In this document: positions 1 through 14,086 of the stretch, one piece after another | Numbering within the stretch: position 1 is the stretch's first letter | How the letters are laid out: each line of letters opens with the position of its first letter | NCBI GenBank assembly: GCA_025558095.1 | Contig: JAIVFI010000031.1 | Location: 186,001 to 250,000 of the forward strand | DNA: 64,000 nucleotides | Direction: 5' to 3' | Origin: Hyaloraphidium curvatum SAG 235-1 | Lineage: Eukaryota; Fungi; Monoblepharomycota | Position numbers and translations under genes: made by a program | The notes under the pieces: generated by a model | What the model was told of the DNA's origin: nothing | Databases searched by the model: none | Seen by the model: only the letters and a program-made list of their open reading frames with translations

Positions 1-21
1 CTGACATTCCTGCCGGAGCAG

Positions 22-187
22 GATATCGGACGTCGACCTGCTCCTCTTTGCACACCTCCACGCGGTGCTGACGTCAAAGGCCCCCGACACCCGTTTCCCG
101 GCGATCGTGCCAGAAAATTTGGCCCGCCTGACAAAGGACTGCTTCGAGCTGATCCGTAGAGACGCAAAATCGGATCCTCCGCCATAG
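22..187 (+). CDS. Last exon of a gene entering from the left edge; possibly a metaxin/Sam37-like GST-C domain
   Basis: CTGAC branch-like motif and CAG acceptor at 19-21, then open frame ISDVDLLLFAHLHAVLTSKAPDTRF...PPP* ending in TAG at 185-187. Resembles the metaxin 'D.LVFGHL..IL' helix; family call is weak. Confidence 0.35.
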
Positions 188-353
188 ACGGGCGCGAGGC
201 AGCTCTGATTTTGGCTGAGCTGGCTCTGTTTACGGCGACGCGCTCCGGCACAAAAGCTGCTCCACTTCGCATTCTTCATTCCACGCGTCCCGCACACCGT
301 CTAGCCGCCGAATCCAGCGCATCGCATCGTCCACATCACCATCCGAGAGTACC

Positions 354-1204
354 ATGGCAGTCCGTGGGTCCTGCCGGCCCCGCAAGCCGCGGCACATCGC
401 CGACATTCCTTCCTCCCGCCAGGCGCCCAGTTCGAAAACAGCAACGACATCGGCGTCTTCGCCAAGCTCACCAACTCCTTCTGCCTCGTCGCCATCGGCG
501 GCTCCGAGAACTTCTACTCGGTCTTCGAGGGCGAGCTCGCGGACGTGATCCCTGTCGTGCACACCTCCATAGCCGGCACCCGCATCGTCGGCCGCCTCAC
601 GGCCGGCAACCGCCACGGCCTGCTGGTCCCCAGCACGACCACGGACCAGGAGCTTCAGCACATCCGCAACGCGCTGCCGGACAAGGTGGCCATCCAGCGG
701 ATCGAGGAACGCCTCTCGGCGCTGGGCAACGTGATCGCGTGCAACGACTACGTCGCGCTCGTGCACCCGGACGTGGACCGCGAGACGGAGGAGATCATCG
801 CGGACGTGCTGCAGGTCGAGGTGTTCCGCCAGACTATCGCCAACAACGTGCTCGTGGGATCGTACTGCGCCATCAGCAACCAGGGCGGGCTCGTGCACCC
901 GAGGACGTCGGTCGAGGACCAGGACGAGCTGTCATCGCTGCTGCAGGTCCCGCTCGTCGTGGGTATTGGCCCGTTGGCACTGCCTGTTCATCTTGCTGAC
1001 CGGATTCGACCGCAGGCCGGGACAGTCAATCGCGGCTCCGACGTCATCGGCGCCGGCCTCGTGGTCAACGACTGGTCCGCATTCGCGGGCATGGACACGA
1101 CCTCCACCGAGCTCTCGGTCATCGAGGGCATCTTCAAGCTCCAAGCACAGGGTCCGGGTTTCGTCGTCAACGAACTCCGCGACAGCGTCGTCGACACCCT
1201 GTGA
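354..1204 (+). CDS. TIF6: Eukaryotic translation initiation factor 6 (3 exons; introns 364-422 and 959-1015)
   Basis: Spliced product [42 protein letters not shown]...[24 protein letters not shown]...[11 protein letters not shown] is typical eIF6; both introns are GT-AG. Confidence 0.97.
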
Positions 1205-1334
1205 GCGGGCCCGCCCCGATCCCCTTCCCTTGCCCCGCCGGCCCTCGGCCGCTTCGGGTCGGCGGCTACCCGGCTTATCGGCGGGCCGTGCCTGCGCCGC
1301 TGCCTGGGCGACGCTCGCCTCGCCACGCACCGGT

Positions 1335-4300
1335 TCAGTACGGCACCGAACACCGCTCGATGCCCCATATCCGGCTCGCGTATTCCTGTATGGATCGGTC
1401 GGAGGAAAACTTGCCCATACTGCGGATGGGTCAGCCTTCTGCGGCGCGCCGGCGATGCGGACTGCGCACCTGAAAGCGGCGGTGATGACCTTGCGCGCCC
1501 AGCCCTCGCGATCGCGGAAGGCGGCGTCGACGATTGCCTGCGTGTTGATGTACGAGTCAAAGTCGGCGTTGACGATGTAGTAGTCGCCGCCGTTGGTGAT
1601 GGTGGCTGAACACGGCGGATCAGGGGAGCTGTTCTGCGCGCGCCCGTCCGGCTCACCGATGAGGGGTTCGAAGGTGTTGGGTTCGCCAAAGGTGCCGTGC
1701 TCTATGAGGTCGACGACGACCCGCAGCTTGGGGTCCATGTCCATACGTCTATATCTGCGGGCGCAACTCCGCCTCAGGTCTGCAAAGCCCCGCGCAAAGC
1801 GAAGGACCCACCGGTTGCCGTGCCGCACATCCTCCACCTGGTCGGCCTTCTTGCCAAAGAAAAAGATGTTCTCCTCGCCCACTTCCTCGCCGATCTCGAT
1901 GTTGGCGCCGTCGATGGTGCCCAGGATCAGGCCGCCGTTGAGCACAAACTGTGGCGAACGTCGGTGTAGGGCGCAGGAGATTGGACCGACCGACGTACCT
2001 TCATGTTGGAGGTGCCGCTGGCCTCCGTGCCGGCGGTCGAAATGTGCTGCGAGATGTCGCTTGCCGGGATGATGATCTCCGCGAGGGAAACGTTGTAGTT
2101 GGGGATGAAGACGACCTTGAGCACGTCCCGCACGTCCTCGTCGTTGTTGACCACTTCAGCCACCGAGTTGATCAGCTTGATGACGAGCTTCGCGACGTAG
2201 TAGCCGGGCGCGCTCTTGCCGGAAAAGATGCAGGCGTGCGGCACCTCGGACCTGCGGTCCTCTTTGGACATGGACTTGAGGCGGCTGGCGCAACGTGTGA
2301 GCGTGGCATCGGCATGCACGGTCCGGGTCCACGAACTGGTATCGATATATCACCCCCAGGATGTTCATGAACTGCCGCTTGTACTCCTGGAACCGCTTGA
2401 CGTGGCAGTCGAACAGGAACTCCGGGGGTACGTGGACGCCGCACTGGTTCCTGACATACTCCGAGAGCCGCACCTGTAAGTGGATCTGTTGAGCTCCAAA
2501 CCCGCACTGCAGGACGGCAAAGTCCACCTTGTTCGCGTGCTTCACCGCCATGAAGCGATCCCTGAAATCGGCATCGTTGGCCAACTGCTTCAGCTCGCCC
2601 AACATGGACATGTCTTTGAGAAAGGCCCTGGTACCAAGTCTCTCGGCCACGAGGTCCACAAGGTTGGGGTTGCATTGGTGCAACCATCGGCGGGGCGTGA
2701 CGCCGTTTGTCACGTTGGTAAACTTTTGCAGCCCGTAGAAGTCGACGAAATCCTTGAAGATCTACGGTGGCGGGCTTAGCGCAACGGATGGTGTCGACGC
2801 TTTGGAACATACCACGTTCCGCAGCAAGCTTGAATGTAATGCTGCCACTCCGTTCACCGCATGCGAACCAACGATCGCCAAGTACGACATCCGCACGAAT
2901 TGGGGATGCCCCTGTACGAGATGGAGTTGAGCCACGAGCGGTTTTGCTTGCTCCGCAAACACTCGCCTCCTCGATGATGGACATTCGACGCAAGCGATCC
3001 CGATCATGGGGAAACATCTTCTCCACTCGTTGCAAAAAGAACTGCCGATTTATGGTTGTCAATGTGACTCCCATGCCCCAGACCCTCGTGACCAACCAGA
3101 TTGACGTCAAAGATAATCATCATATGTCGAGGGAGGAGCTCCGCCATGAGCGGAACCGCCCATTTCTCCATCGCCTCCGGCAAAACTGTGTGGTTGGTAA
3201 AGGAGAACGTCCTTGTCCTGCGATCGGTGGATCAGCATCAAGTTGCCCGACGACCTCGGCTTCGCTACTCACACAATATCCCATGCCTCGTCCCATTGAA
3301 TCCCCTCCTCATCGACCAAGATGCGTTGCAACTCGACAACGCCGAGGGTTGGGTGGGTATCTGCCATCGGACGGCCGTGAGCGACTGATGCCCGGCCACT
3401 CTCGAGAGCTCAACCATTCAGTTGAATGGAGACCTGGTTCGGAAAGTCGGCCCATGGTCGCGTGGTTTTCTTGAAACGGCGGATTATGTCTAGGAACCGA
3501 AGTCAGTGAACCAGCTCGCCGCCACCGTATGACCTTACCGGATAGGGTGGCGGAGACGAAGAAGTACTGCTGCTTGAGGCGAAGGATTTTGCCAACCATG
3601 TGGTTGTCGTTGGGATACAGCACTGGAAAACGGTCAGCTCGTTTCTTCGCCGGGCGCACCACGCGCACCAGAGGAGACGTTCTCGGCCGCCTTTTGCTCC
3701 TCCACGGCTTTCTCGTAGTTGCCCTCGTTGAAGGAATGGAAATCGAATTCCTGCGAGGCGATCTCGGTGAAAACCGCTCCAAAAGGGCAGAGATACGCGC
3801 TCGAACCTTCTTGGGCTTGGAGCTCCAGAGACGTATGTTGATGCAGTTCTTTGTGTCGTAGCCGGGTATCGGAACGTCGTACGCGACCGCAATAATCTTT
3901 TCGCCCCCTTCCCAGGTGTACCGAGCCTCTTTGTCGTCCGCGTCTTGCTGATCCTCTATGATCTTACTGACGTAACCCCGAAACCGCACTTCGTACGTGA
4001 CCTGCGACGGCGTTAGAGCTGTTGGCAGACCCAAACTTCGAAGGAGACATGCCCACATCCAATCGCTCTATCTCCCTGTGACAAAGGCGGGTGAGCACGA
4101 CACATATAGCAATCGTCAGAGCGGGCCTTACCAAGGATTACCGAAGTTTAGCCAGTAGTCAGGAAACTGTGTACGTCATCAGCACCCCGGCCACGTCGTG
4201 GACGCGATGTGAGCTCGCCTCCGTTTGATACCCGTCGACGATACGCTGCTGGAAGATCCCGTACGTGTACCGGATTCCGTAGCCCCAAGCGGCGTACTCC

Positions 4301-4989
4301 ATGGTGGCCAACGAGTCCATGAAACACGCGGCCAGCCGTCCAAGACCACCGTTCCCCAACGCCGCGTCCACCTCCTCCTCAAGAAGGTCCTCGATCCGGA
4401 ACCCGAGTTGCTTCAGGGCGTCCCGGTAAACGGGCTTAACGTCCAGGTTCAGCAGGGCATTGTCCAGAGAGCGCCCCAAAAGGAACTCCAGTGAGAGGTA
4501 ATAGACCCGCTTCGGGTCCATTTTGGTGTGGTGCTGCTGAGTAATGTTCCATTTGTCAATGAGACGGTCCCGCAGCCCGTAAGCCAGTGACTGGTAGGCG
4601 GCAAACTGTGGACCCCGTGTCAGCCCCGGAACCCCAAAGGGGCAGCTTGTAGCAAACAGACATTATCCAGGTTAGGAGCTGTCCGCGCCAGAGTCTTCGT
4701 AACATGGCGGCAGAAGTTCCGCTGAATAGCCTCGATGTCTGGGGCCGACCAGCATAAGGGGACGCGTCCAACGCGTCGAACCCGCCCTACCAGAGCTCTC
4801 TGGAGCCGTGAACTTCTGCCAGATGGGCAGCGACTGGAGCAGCACGCGTTATCGGCCCGCCAAAGCCAACGATCAGCATAAAGGTCCCCGTGCTCTCGCA
4901 ACGCAACACACTTCCGGCGGGGGCAACCATGACGGGACCCGCGCACTCGGTGACGGCCCGTTCACGTTGCGCTTTGTCGGCGACGGCAT
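1335..4989 (-). CDS. GPH1: Glycogen phosphorylase (multi-exon)
   Basis: Motifs [101 protein letters not shown]; stop at 1335-1337. Confidence 0.97.
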
Positions 4990-5133
4990 CGTAGTCCCGT
5001 TCAGCCCGCCATTGGGCGACCCTCGGCTAGCCAGCCACGTCACCTCTGAGACGCAAACAAACCGCGCGCGCGCACGCCGCCGCCGTCCCGGCCAGGAGAC
5101 GATTGGACTCTGGTTCTCTCAACGGGATGCTCA

Positions 5134-6404
5134 ATGGCACCGAATCGTGTCTGCGCTCTTTGCGGGGATCGGAGACCGGCACTGAAGAGGCCAAAGACGG
5201 GACAGAACATATGCCGGGAGTGCTTCTTCCGCGTCTTCGAGGAGGAGGTACACAATACCATCGTCGCGGGGCGGCTCTTCCGGAAGGGCCAGAGGGTCGC
5301 CATCGCCGCTTCCGGTGGCAAAGGTAGCGGTTTTCAAGGTCCCTCGAATGTCTGGAGCTCATCGGTCTTTGGAAGACTCCACGGTGTTGGCGTACGTGAT
5401 GAAGCTGCTGAACGAGCGACATTCCTACGGCTTGGAGCTGTTCCTGCTCTCGGTGGACGAGGGTATCGCTGGGTACCGCGATGACTCCTTGGAGACGGTG
5501 AAGCGGAATCAGCAGCAGTACGACCTGCCTCTCAAGATTGTGTCGTACGAGGAACTCTATGGATGGTCCATGGACTCGATCGTGAAGAAGATCGGGCGGC
5601 GCAACAACTGTTCGTCTCTGTCGGAGCCTCGCGGCTGTAGCAGGCGAGGTCATTGAGGCTGATTGCGACGGCGCAGGCACGTTTTGCGGCGTGTTCCGGA
5701 GACAAGCACTCGATAGGGGGGCAAAGCTGCTTGAAGTCGATCACATCGTCACGGGGCACAACGCGGACGACATTGCCGAGACTGTGCTAATGAACTGTGC
5801 GTTGGTGGACGAAGAGCATCGTCGGATCTCGATCGTTGAACTGCTCCCCGGTAGTCCTTCGAGGCGACATTGCTCGCTTGGGCCGCTGCACGGCGATTTC
5901 AACCGACACGGACGCGAAACTACCGCGCTCGAAGCCCTTCAAGTACACATATGAGAAGGAAATCGTCATGTAGGGCTGGAGTCGTGCCGAGCCCCGGAAC
6001 GTTGCCGTAGCATCTTTTTCGCTCCAGGTATGCCTACTTCAAGGGTTTGGACTACTTCACGACAGAGTGCATCTACTCACCGGATGCGTATCGCGGTTAT
6101 GCGAGGACATTTTTGAAGGACCTCGAGTCGATACGGCCGTGTTCGATCCTGGGTGTGTTGCGGCTTCCGTCCTCGCGATGTGAGCTGACGTATCAACCGA
6201 AGACATCATTCACTCCGGAGAAGCCTATTCGGTAAAGGAGACGGTGGCAACTCCTGTTCTCGGTGCGGATCAGTGCATTCATCGCGTCTTCCACCTAACC
6301 ATCGACTGGTAGGGTCGTGCGAACGGTGCGGCTACATGACCAGCAGCGCTATATGCAAGGCTTGCATATTGCTTGACCAGCTTTCGAAAGATGTAGTGAA
6401 ATGA
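5134..6404 (+). CDS. NCS6: Cytoplasmic tRNA 2-thiolation protein 1 (Ncs6/CTU1)
   Basis: N-terminal CxxC...CxxC, PP-loop SGGK|DS split by an intron, [45 protein letters not shown], and C-terminal CERCGY...CKAC; TGA at 6402-6404. Confidence 0.95.
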
Positions 6405-6448
6405 TCAAACGCCTCCCCTTGCGTCGTGTGGCCACCGGCCGATCACCG

Positions 6449-7577
<1,129 letters not shown>

Positions 7578-7580
7578 CGC

Positions 7581-10500
7581 CTACTGGGAGAATGTTTGGC
7601 TCAGGAACTTTTTGAGCGCTTCCGCGACGGCATCGTTCGTGCAGCGAATGGTCAAGCGGAAGATCTTGGGGGGAGTGGTTGGCGATCAATCGCGGGACAG
7701 GGACCAGCGAACCAACCTGGCGTTCCGCATTCGGCTCTAGTCGCACGAGACACCCGACCTTCCCGGTCGAAACGGTGTTAAGGATCCCGGCGGCAACCAC
7801 GTTGTTGGGATTCGGATCCGCTGCGTGGCAGATTCCAAGTTTCACCCCCGCCATGGCCGCCTTGACCTTGCCGAGGTCGATCGGACCTGAAGATGGGAAT
7901 ATTGTCTGGACTTCCCGCGGCGGCCCGCCAATCTGCTTCCATCTGCGAGCGCGATGCCGAGTGAGCGCCGCTGGCCGCGCCACGGGCAAGCACGTACCGA
8001 TTGAAGAAGTCCGTTGGTGTCAAGTCGATGGCTTCCATAAACTTCGCGATGACGATAGGCAGATCCAGGCTATGGGTAATGGGGATCCCCGCCAGGTCGT
8101 ATGAAACAACCAGGACGGGCGGTTTGCTGGGAACGCCCGCGCACTCCACGTTGTAGGTCTGGCTGTACTGCGTCACGGGCGGTATAGAATCCTGCGACAG
8201 AGGTTGCGTGACCGAGATCTTGAGTTCCTGCGGGGACCTAACGTCGATCGCCAGGTTGAGAAGCGTCGACTGTGTCTTGTTGCCAATGAACAGAGCGATG
8301 CGGCCCAGGTGGCCGCGGTACTCGGACTTGACACCAAACTGCACGTTGTCGTCCTCGTACAGCACCCCGTTGGCCGAGGTAACCAGCTTGTTAAAGAAGC
8401 GTTCCGTGGGAGACAGCTCCGGCAGGGCTCGTTTCGGCACCGCGGGCGCGCTGGTCTCCGCAGGGAGGTCCGTGAAACCGCCATTGGCACGTCCATTCAC
8501 GGCGGGCTCGATGTGGCTGGTTCCGTTCACTTTCGCCACTGGCTGCTCCTTCGGCGGCAGAGCGGGAAGAACCTTCTCCGGTACCGCAGGTGCGTCGACA
8601 AGCGGCGGGACAGCTGGCTGCTTCCCGCGGTTCCGCAAGCTCCTCCGTTGACTGTTGGCCTCCTTGCCGCCAATAACCCAGGTCCGCTTGTCCTCGGTGT
8701 CCGCAATCTTCTTCTCCAGCCGGGAAACCAGTGCGGACTCCCTGTCCGGGAAGCCGGGCATTTCGTCGCAGACGCTCTGCAAGACCTCGTCCGTGGGCAT
8801 GCTTGCGATCGCGAGGTACTCCGAGGCCCTCTGCTGCACCTCGAGATCCAGAACGTGGCGATACTGCTGGAAGATGCGCACGACGTCCTGCTTGATCTCC
8901 GGGAACAGATTCACAAACTTCAGGTACGTCGTCAGGAGCAGGGCGCGGGTTGCCATGGAGCAGTTTCCGAACTTGGAGTGAAGGCTCGTCAGCTGTTCGA
9001 TGGGGCTCGCCCCCGGGCTCTCCACGATAAGGTGTCCAAACTCTCCCAGCACGTAGCCGCCGACTTTGACCGTTGTCTCGTGGCACGATGGGGACTTTAG
9101 GCTCTCCAGCACGGTGCGCGCGGCGTACTCCTGAAGCTCCTGGTGGTTCACAATGATCTGTATAACCCTGTGCCACACCTCGTCCCCCACGTGGTCTCCA
9201 GCGATGCTGACCAGCTGGAGCATCACGTCGACGTACCACGAGTAGTCCTCTGCCCATTTCTCCGCGAGGATGGCCAGTTTGAGCACCATCTCCTCGCGAA
9301 TGCCGTACTCCGCAACCATGAGGTACTGGAGCAGCTCGGCGACGATGCCCTTGGCATTGGTCTGGTCGCACATGCTGTAAAGCAAATCCAATGCCCTCCG
9401 GCGCACGCTGATGTCGCGGTCCTTCAGGGACAAAATGATGGCGTCCTGGTGGGTCTTGATGATCTCCAGCCCCGAGTCCGAAAACCCAGCCAGGTGCGAC
9501 ATGGTCTCCAAACCGAGGTAGCGCACGTTGGTTTCCTTCGAAGCGATGAAGCGGCAGAGGATGTTCGCCGCATCGGCCACTATCCTAGACTCGGGATCGT
9601 CTGCGATGGCGAGGCTGATGGCCTCGAACAAGACCGCGTTCTGGGCATTGCTGCTCTGCGGGTTCTTGGAGGCATCCTGGGAGCTGGTTATTATGGCCTT
9701 CAAGACCTCGTTGAGCCGCGAGCGCGTCGTAGGGTCCGCTGAGAACGCGAATGTCCGTCAGCATGTGGAGGCCGAACAGCGTCGGGAACGAAACTGACCC
9801 GGCGGAGCATAGTACTGCAACAGCCGCAGCAGCTTAACCTGCATCCACGGGTTGGGTACCTTGTAGTAAACGTAGTCTGGGGTGAATTCGTGTTCGACCA
9901 CGACCTTCAGCACCAGATTAGACACGTCCTCTGTAACTGGAACGAACCACACACCCTCCGCAACCTATCCACTGCTTTCGGGACACAGCTCACAAAAAGC
10001 TCCGGAGCTGATTGCGCGAACGCCGTGATGAGACTCGTCACGGTGGTGACCACACCCTGTAGCGGCGGCGTTAGGGACGACAGGAGTTCGAGCTGAAAGT
10101 GCCCACCAAATCTGGCTCATCTAACAGAGCGACAATCCGCGGGCTCCAATCCTTCAAAGCTGCCGCAAAAGCGTCCGGGTTCTTCCGGTACAGACGAAGA
10201 AGCGTCAGTGCTGCCTTCTTTTTCACGAACGTCCTGTTTGACCTGGCGGAACCAAGCCCGACTGGTCACGTCGACTGCCATAGCCGCTTCCAAGGCGGCC
10301 CACTTTGACACCAAAACACGCTGAACGTCATTGCCCAAACTCTCCGCCATGTCCTTGCCGGCGATGTTGGCTATGGCATGGAGAGCAAGGCACTGAAACA
10401 CCTCATTGTTGTCGTCCAGGTCCTTCCGGATAGAGTTTATGACCAGCCGCAACAGGTCGCTGTTTTCATTCAGCAGCAAAGTCACGCCCAAGTAGCCCTG

Positions 10501-10948
10501 GAGGCAGAACGGGGGGCGCTCAGGAAAGAAGCGCGCCACGAGAAGGGCGGAGGGCACAAACCACTTGCTTCTCGGTGTACTTGTTGCTCGACAACAGGTT
10601 GACCGCCTCCATGTGACCCATGTCGATGTCGTAGCCCAGGATGTACATGTACAGAAGCTTGCTGACGTACTTCTTGACCTGATAGCCGCTGAGCGAACCA
10701 TCTGGCGGAAACGCGTCGGCCGACGTTCCGTCCCCATGCAAGGCGCAAAAGACCTTTGAATTTGGAACGAATGTTGGCCAGCTCCTTGTTGACGCGTTTC
10801 TCCTCCTGTTCCTTTGCGCGGCCTTTGGTCGGAGTCGCGACGGGCTGAGGCCCTTGTCCGACCGCGCTCCCCGGCAACGCTTACAGTTCCGCAGGTCCGC
10901 GATAAACACCGTGAGCCCACGTGGGACGGGCGTCGAGCGGGAGGACAT
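7581..10948 (-). CDS. APL3: AP-2 adaptor complex alpha subunit
   Basis: [82 protein letters not shown], and appendage domain [18 protein letters not shown]; TAG at 7581-7583. Confidence 0.96.
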
Positions 10949-11131
10949 GGAGCCGTGACCCGCCCGGGGGACCCTCAATGGAACGCTGGTGCTTGCTTTG
11001 TGATCGGCGCGGAGCCTGGCGGCGCGGCGCGGCGAGGGCGGGCCGCGATCGACAGAACATCAAACTCCGTGGCCCCTTGGAAGGGCGACATGGACACTCC
11101 TCTGCAAAATAATTGGCCGCTGTGTTGATTC

Positions 11132-13649
11132 ATGGGGGCCGATGGACAGAAATCGGGGTCCCAGGCGCCCCGGAAACGCGCCAAGGCAGGGAAGCTGAAT
11201 CTCTTCGACGTCATCGAGAGCCAGCTCTCTACGGTCACTGCTGGGGCGAGCGAACCTGCTGTTGGAGGTGGAAAGCCGCCCAAAGTGGCATCGGCTGCTT
11301 CAGCTCCTCGTCGTGCCGGGGAACGGCCGCCCGTGAACTCCGGAACACCACACGGAGGGCCACCGTCGGTCGTTGGTTCCCTCGCGGCATCCAAATCCAG
11401 CACGGGCCTAGTTCAGCGAATTTCCACGCTCCAGGTGGCAGCTGGAGTATGTTGCCACGGTCCAGCTGGTACCCAACCCGAGTGACCACGGCCACCACAG
11501 GATGTCGACAAGCCGGCCGTTGATAAGCACAGAGGCTTCCAGAGGGAAACACCGAGGCCCAAGAAGCTGACTGCAACCAAGCGCGCCGTGTTGCTCCAGC
11601 GTGGCCTTGCCGGGGTTTCTCCGGCAGACCGAACGGGCAGCGGATCAACGACGGGAGTGGTCGTGGACGCCGAAAAAGGAGTGCCGTCGGACACCCTCAC
11701 GTCTGATTCGGAATCTTCTGAGGCATCCGACAATGCGTCAAACGAACCGGAGGAGACGTCGGAATCGTCCCAGTCCAACTCTGAAGGTGTTGAACTCCAT
11801 CGGGATCTGGACGGTGTTGAGTTCCGGTCGGCGAGTGAGGCCGAGGGGCTGCGCATACCCGGGACCGGTGGAGCCTACGACGCGCCTAGCGCCTCGTCAA
11901 CAGGGGCGGCATCCTTGCGGCCGGTTTGGGACGGCGTCAATGCAAGGCTCGGTTGGGAGGGAGAGCGGTCGCGGCCCAGCGATGGTGGTGGCGCAAGTTC
12001 GGACCAAGATGTCCCTCTTGAAGCATCGGAAGCTACAGGCGATCCTGCGCAGCCCAAAACGCGACGGCGCCGGAAAAAGAAGGCATCTGCGGAGACTTCT
12101 TCTGGCACCAGACCTTCAGTGGGGCCCACCCATGTTCAGCACAGGTATAGTGCACCATCTCCGATGGTGCATGTTGCTGAGCATCTTACCGTGTTTCCAT
12201 AGCTACTGCACCCAAAGCCCGAGCTCTTCACACGATTCCTTGGTCCGGGATCTGCTGGACAAGCTCGTGCAGTTCCAAACTCGGAGTCGGAATTTGAATC
12301 CAGTGAAGGTAAGAGACCCGGTCGGTTAATAGCCGGTTCCTGAATCGAAACTCCACAGGCAAAGTCGAAGAGGAGAATCGTGCTCGGTCTGCGAGAGGTA
12401 CTGCGCCACTGCATGCGGGGTAAGCTGAAGAGCGTGATTGTTGCCACGAACGTGGAACCTTCGCCAGGTCCAGGTGAGACTTTTCGCAACTTGCAAGCGA
12501 AGCGATTGTGATGGGTTGCCAGCTGGAACCACGCAGTTCCTTACGTCTCTCCTTGACACCTGCACCCTCAACTCGGTTCCGGTCGTCTTCTCGATGACCC
12601 GCCGGCAGCTTGCCTCTGCCATCGTTCACACGCGGGAGGTTGCGGTGACGTGCGTGGGCATCCTGTCCTATGATGGGGCTGAGGAGCTGTTTCGGGCTGT
12701 CATATCGGGAAGCGAAGCCTTGCATGAGGATTGGCTGGGCAACTTTTGTGCTGGAGACGCAGTTCGGGAGCGAAACGAGAATCCCATTTGGAGGGCATGC
12801 TGGGAAGGTTACCGGGATCCACGCATTGTCTCGCTGTGTCTTGCGAACGGTTGGAGCCCGGATGAGGTCGACAGCGTCAACGGAGAGACTCCACTCATGG
12901 TGGCCGTGAAACGCGGCAATCGCATAGCTGCGGCAAACGTGCTGAAGTTTTCCGATCCCGATATCGGCCTGCGTAACTTCGAGGGGAAGACGGTTGTGCA
13001 CTTGGCGTGCGAGGTTGGCGTGGACTCAATATTGAAGGACATCTTTGAGAGCATAGGCAGCGCCTTGGGTAAGCCGGATTCCGACGGCCTCAAGACATTC
13101 ATTCGTCTGCTGCAGACCAAGTCGTACGCAGGCATGGCACCTGTTGATTACGCAGCAGCTGGAGGACACGCTGCATGCCTGCGCCTCCTTGCCATTTACG
13201 CCAACTCCTGGGGGTGCGTCGCCAATCTGGCCTTGGATCAAAAGGGTTACGATGGGGAGACACCAATTGCTCGGCTGGCCCGGGGAACGCCTCCCGAGTG
13301 CCTTGGTATCCTGCTTCCCTTGACCTCCTCGCTCAATGTGTTGAAGGACGCCCTGCATGTTGCGGTTGATTCTGGTGCTGTGGATGCTGCAAGGCTCATA
13401 CTGTTCCGCATGGAGGCAGTGGTAATGCTGGATACCGTGGCTGCAAACGGAGGAGGAAACACTGGCTCAAGGAAGACCGTATCTGCAAAAGACCGCGGCC
13501 AAGGACTGGCTTCCATCCTGAACATTGCAAACGATGAAAGAAGGCTCCTTCTCGATGTTGCCATGCAGGCAGAAGGAGAAGACGGTGTGATCGTAAAGCT
13601 TCTTCAAGATCATGGTGCATGCATGCCCACCACGTTGGGTGCAGAATAG
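11132..13649 (+). CDS. SECISBP2: SECIS-binding protein 2 (SBP2)-like protein (K-rich SID motif plus L7Ae domain) fused to C-terminal ankyrin repeats; predicted introns 11447-11500, 12145-12202, 12309-12358, 12474-12522
   Basis: HRGFQRETPRPKKLTATKRAVLLQR matches the SBP2 K-rich motif. YCTQ...LVRDLLDKLVQFQTRSRNLNPVK|AKSKRRIVLGLREVLRH...KLKSVIVATNVE...VPVVFSMTRRQLA...VTCVGILSYDGAEELF matches the SBP2 L7Ae module. The same exon continues into ankyrin repeats (GETPLMVAVKRG, GKTVVHLAC, APVDYAAAGGH, ALHVAVDSG). Confidence 0.85.
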
Positions 13650-13915
13650 AAGACTGATGATTCCATTGTGCGGTGCGGGGAAAAGTCTGACGCAGAGGAG
13701 CAGCTACAGTGCCATTGTCAAGGAAACACAAGACACTTTACGGAGCAGATCATGCCACATCTTTTGATGTGATGAAGGCTCAATACTCTTGCAGCAGGGT
13801 TGCAGCAACTAGTGATATTGGTGGATCCAGACTCTTTGAGAAATCTCCCTGGCCGTAGTGGCCATGCCACAACATGTGGGCAGAGGTAAGGTTCCCTCAA
13901 AACAGCGGCTCCGTT

Positions 13916-14086
13916 TCAGTGTCCCTTCAGAGTCTCGGTCTTGAGCTCCTTGTAGAGCAGGGTCAGCTGTTTGATGACCATGAGGAACTTGATGGCTCCC
14001 TCGTGGTCATGGACTGCAAGAGGCGTACTGGCCAGTGAATGCATACAGACAAGCCAGGTGAGGTAGATTTGGGCTGATGGTGGGTG
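13916..14086 (-). mobile_element. Older, degenerate fragment of the LINE ORF2
   Basis: Diverged copy of the sequence at ~14790-14960, with indels and transitions. Confidence 0.7.

Noticed and set aside
211-999. Many long overlapping or antisense ORFs throughout the ORF track (this one is an example)
   Set aside because: They are expected shadows of GC-rich coding sequence, Arg/Pro/Ala-rich and without recognisable motifs.
11483-11485. In-frame TGA in the SBP2-like gene, tempting as an autoregulatory selenocysteine codon
   Set aside because: It lies within a canonical 54-nt phase-0 intron (GTATGT at 11447, CACAG at 11500) and overlaps the likely branch motif. It would matter only if the intron is retained.
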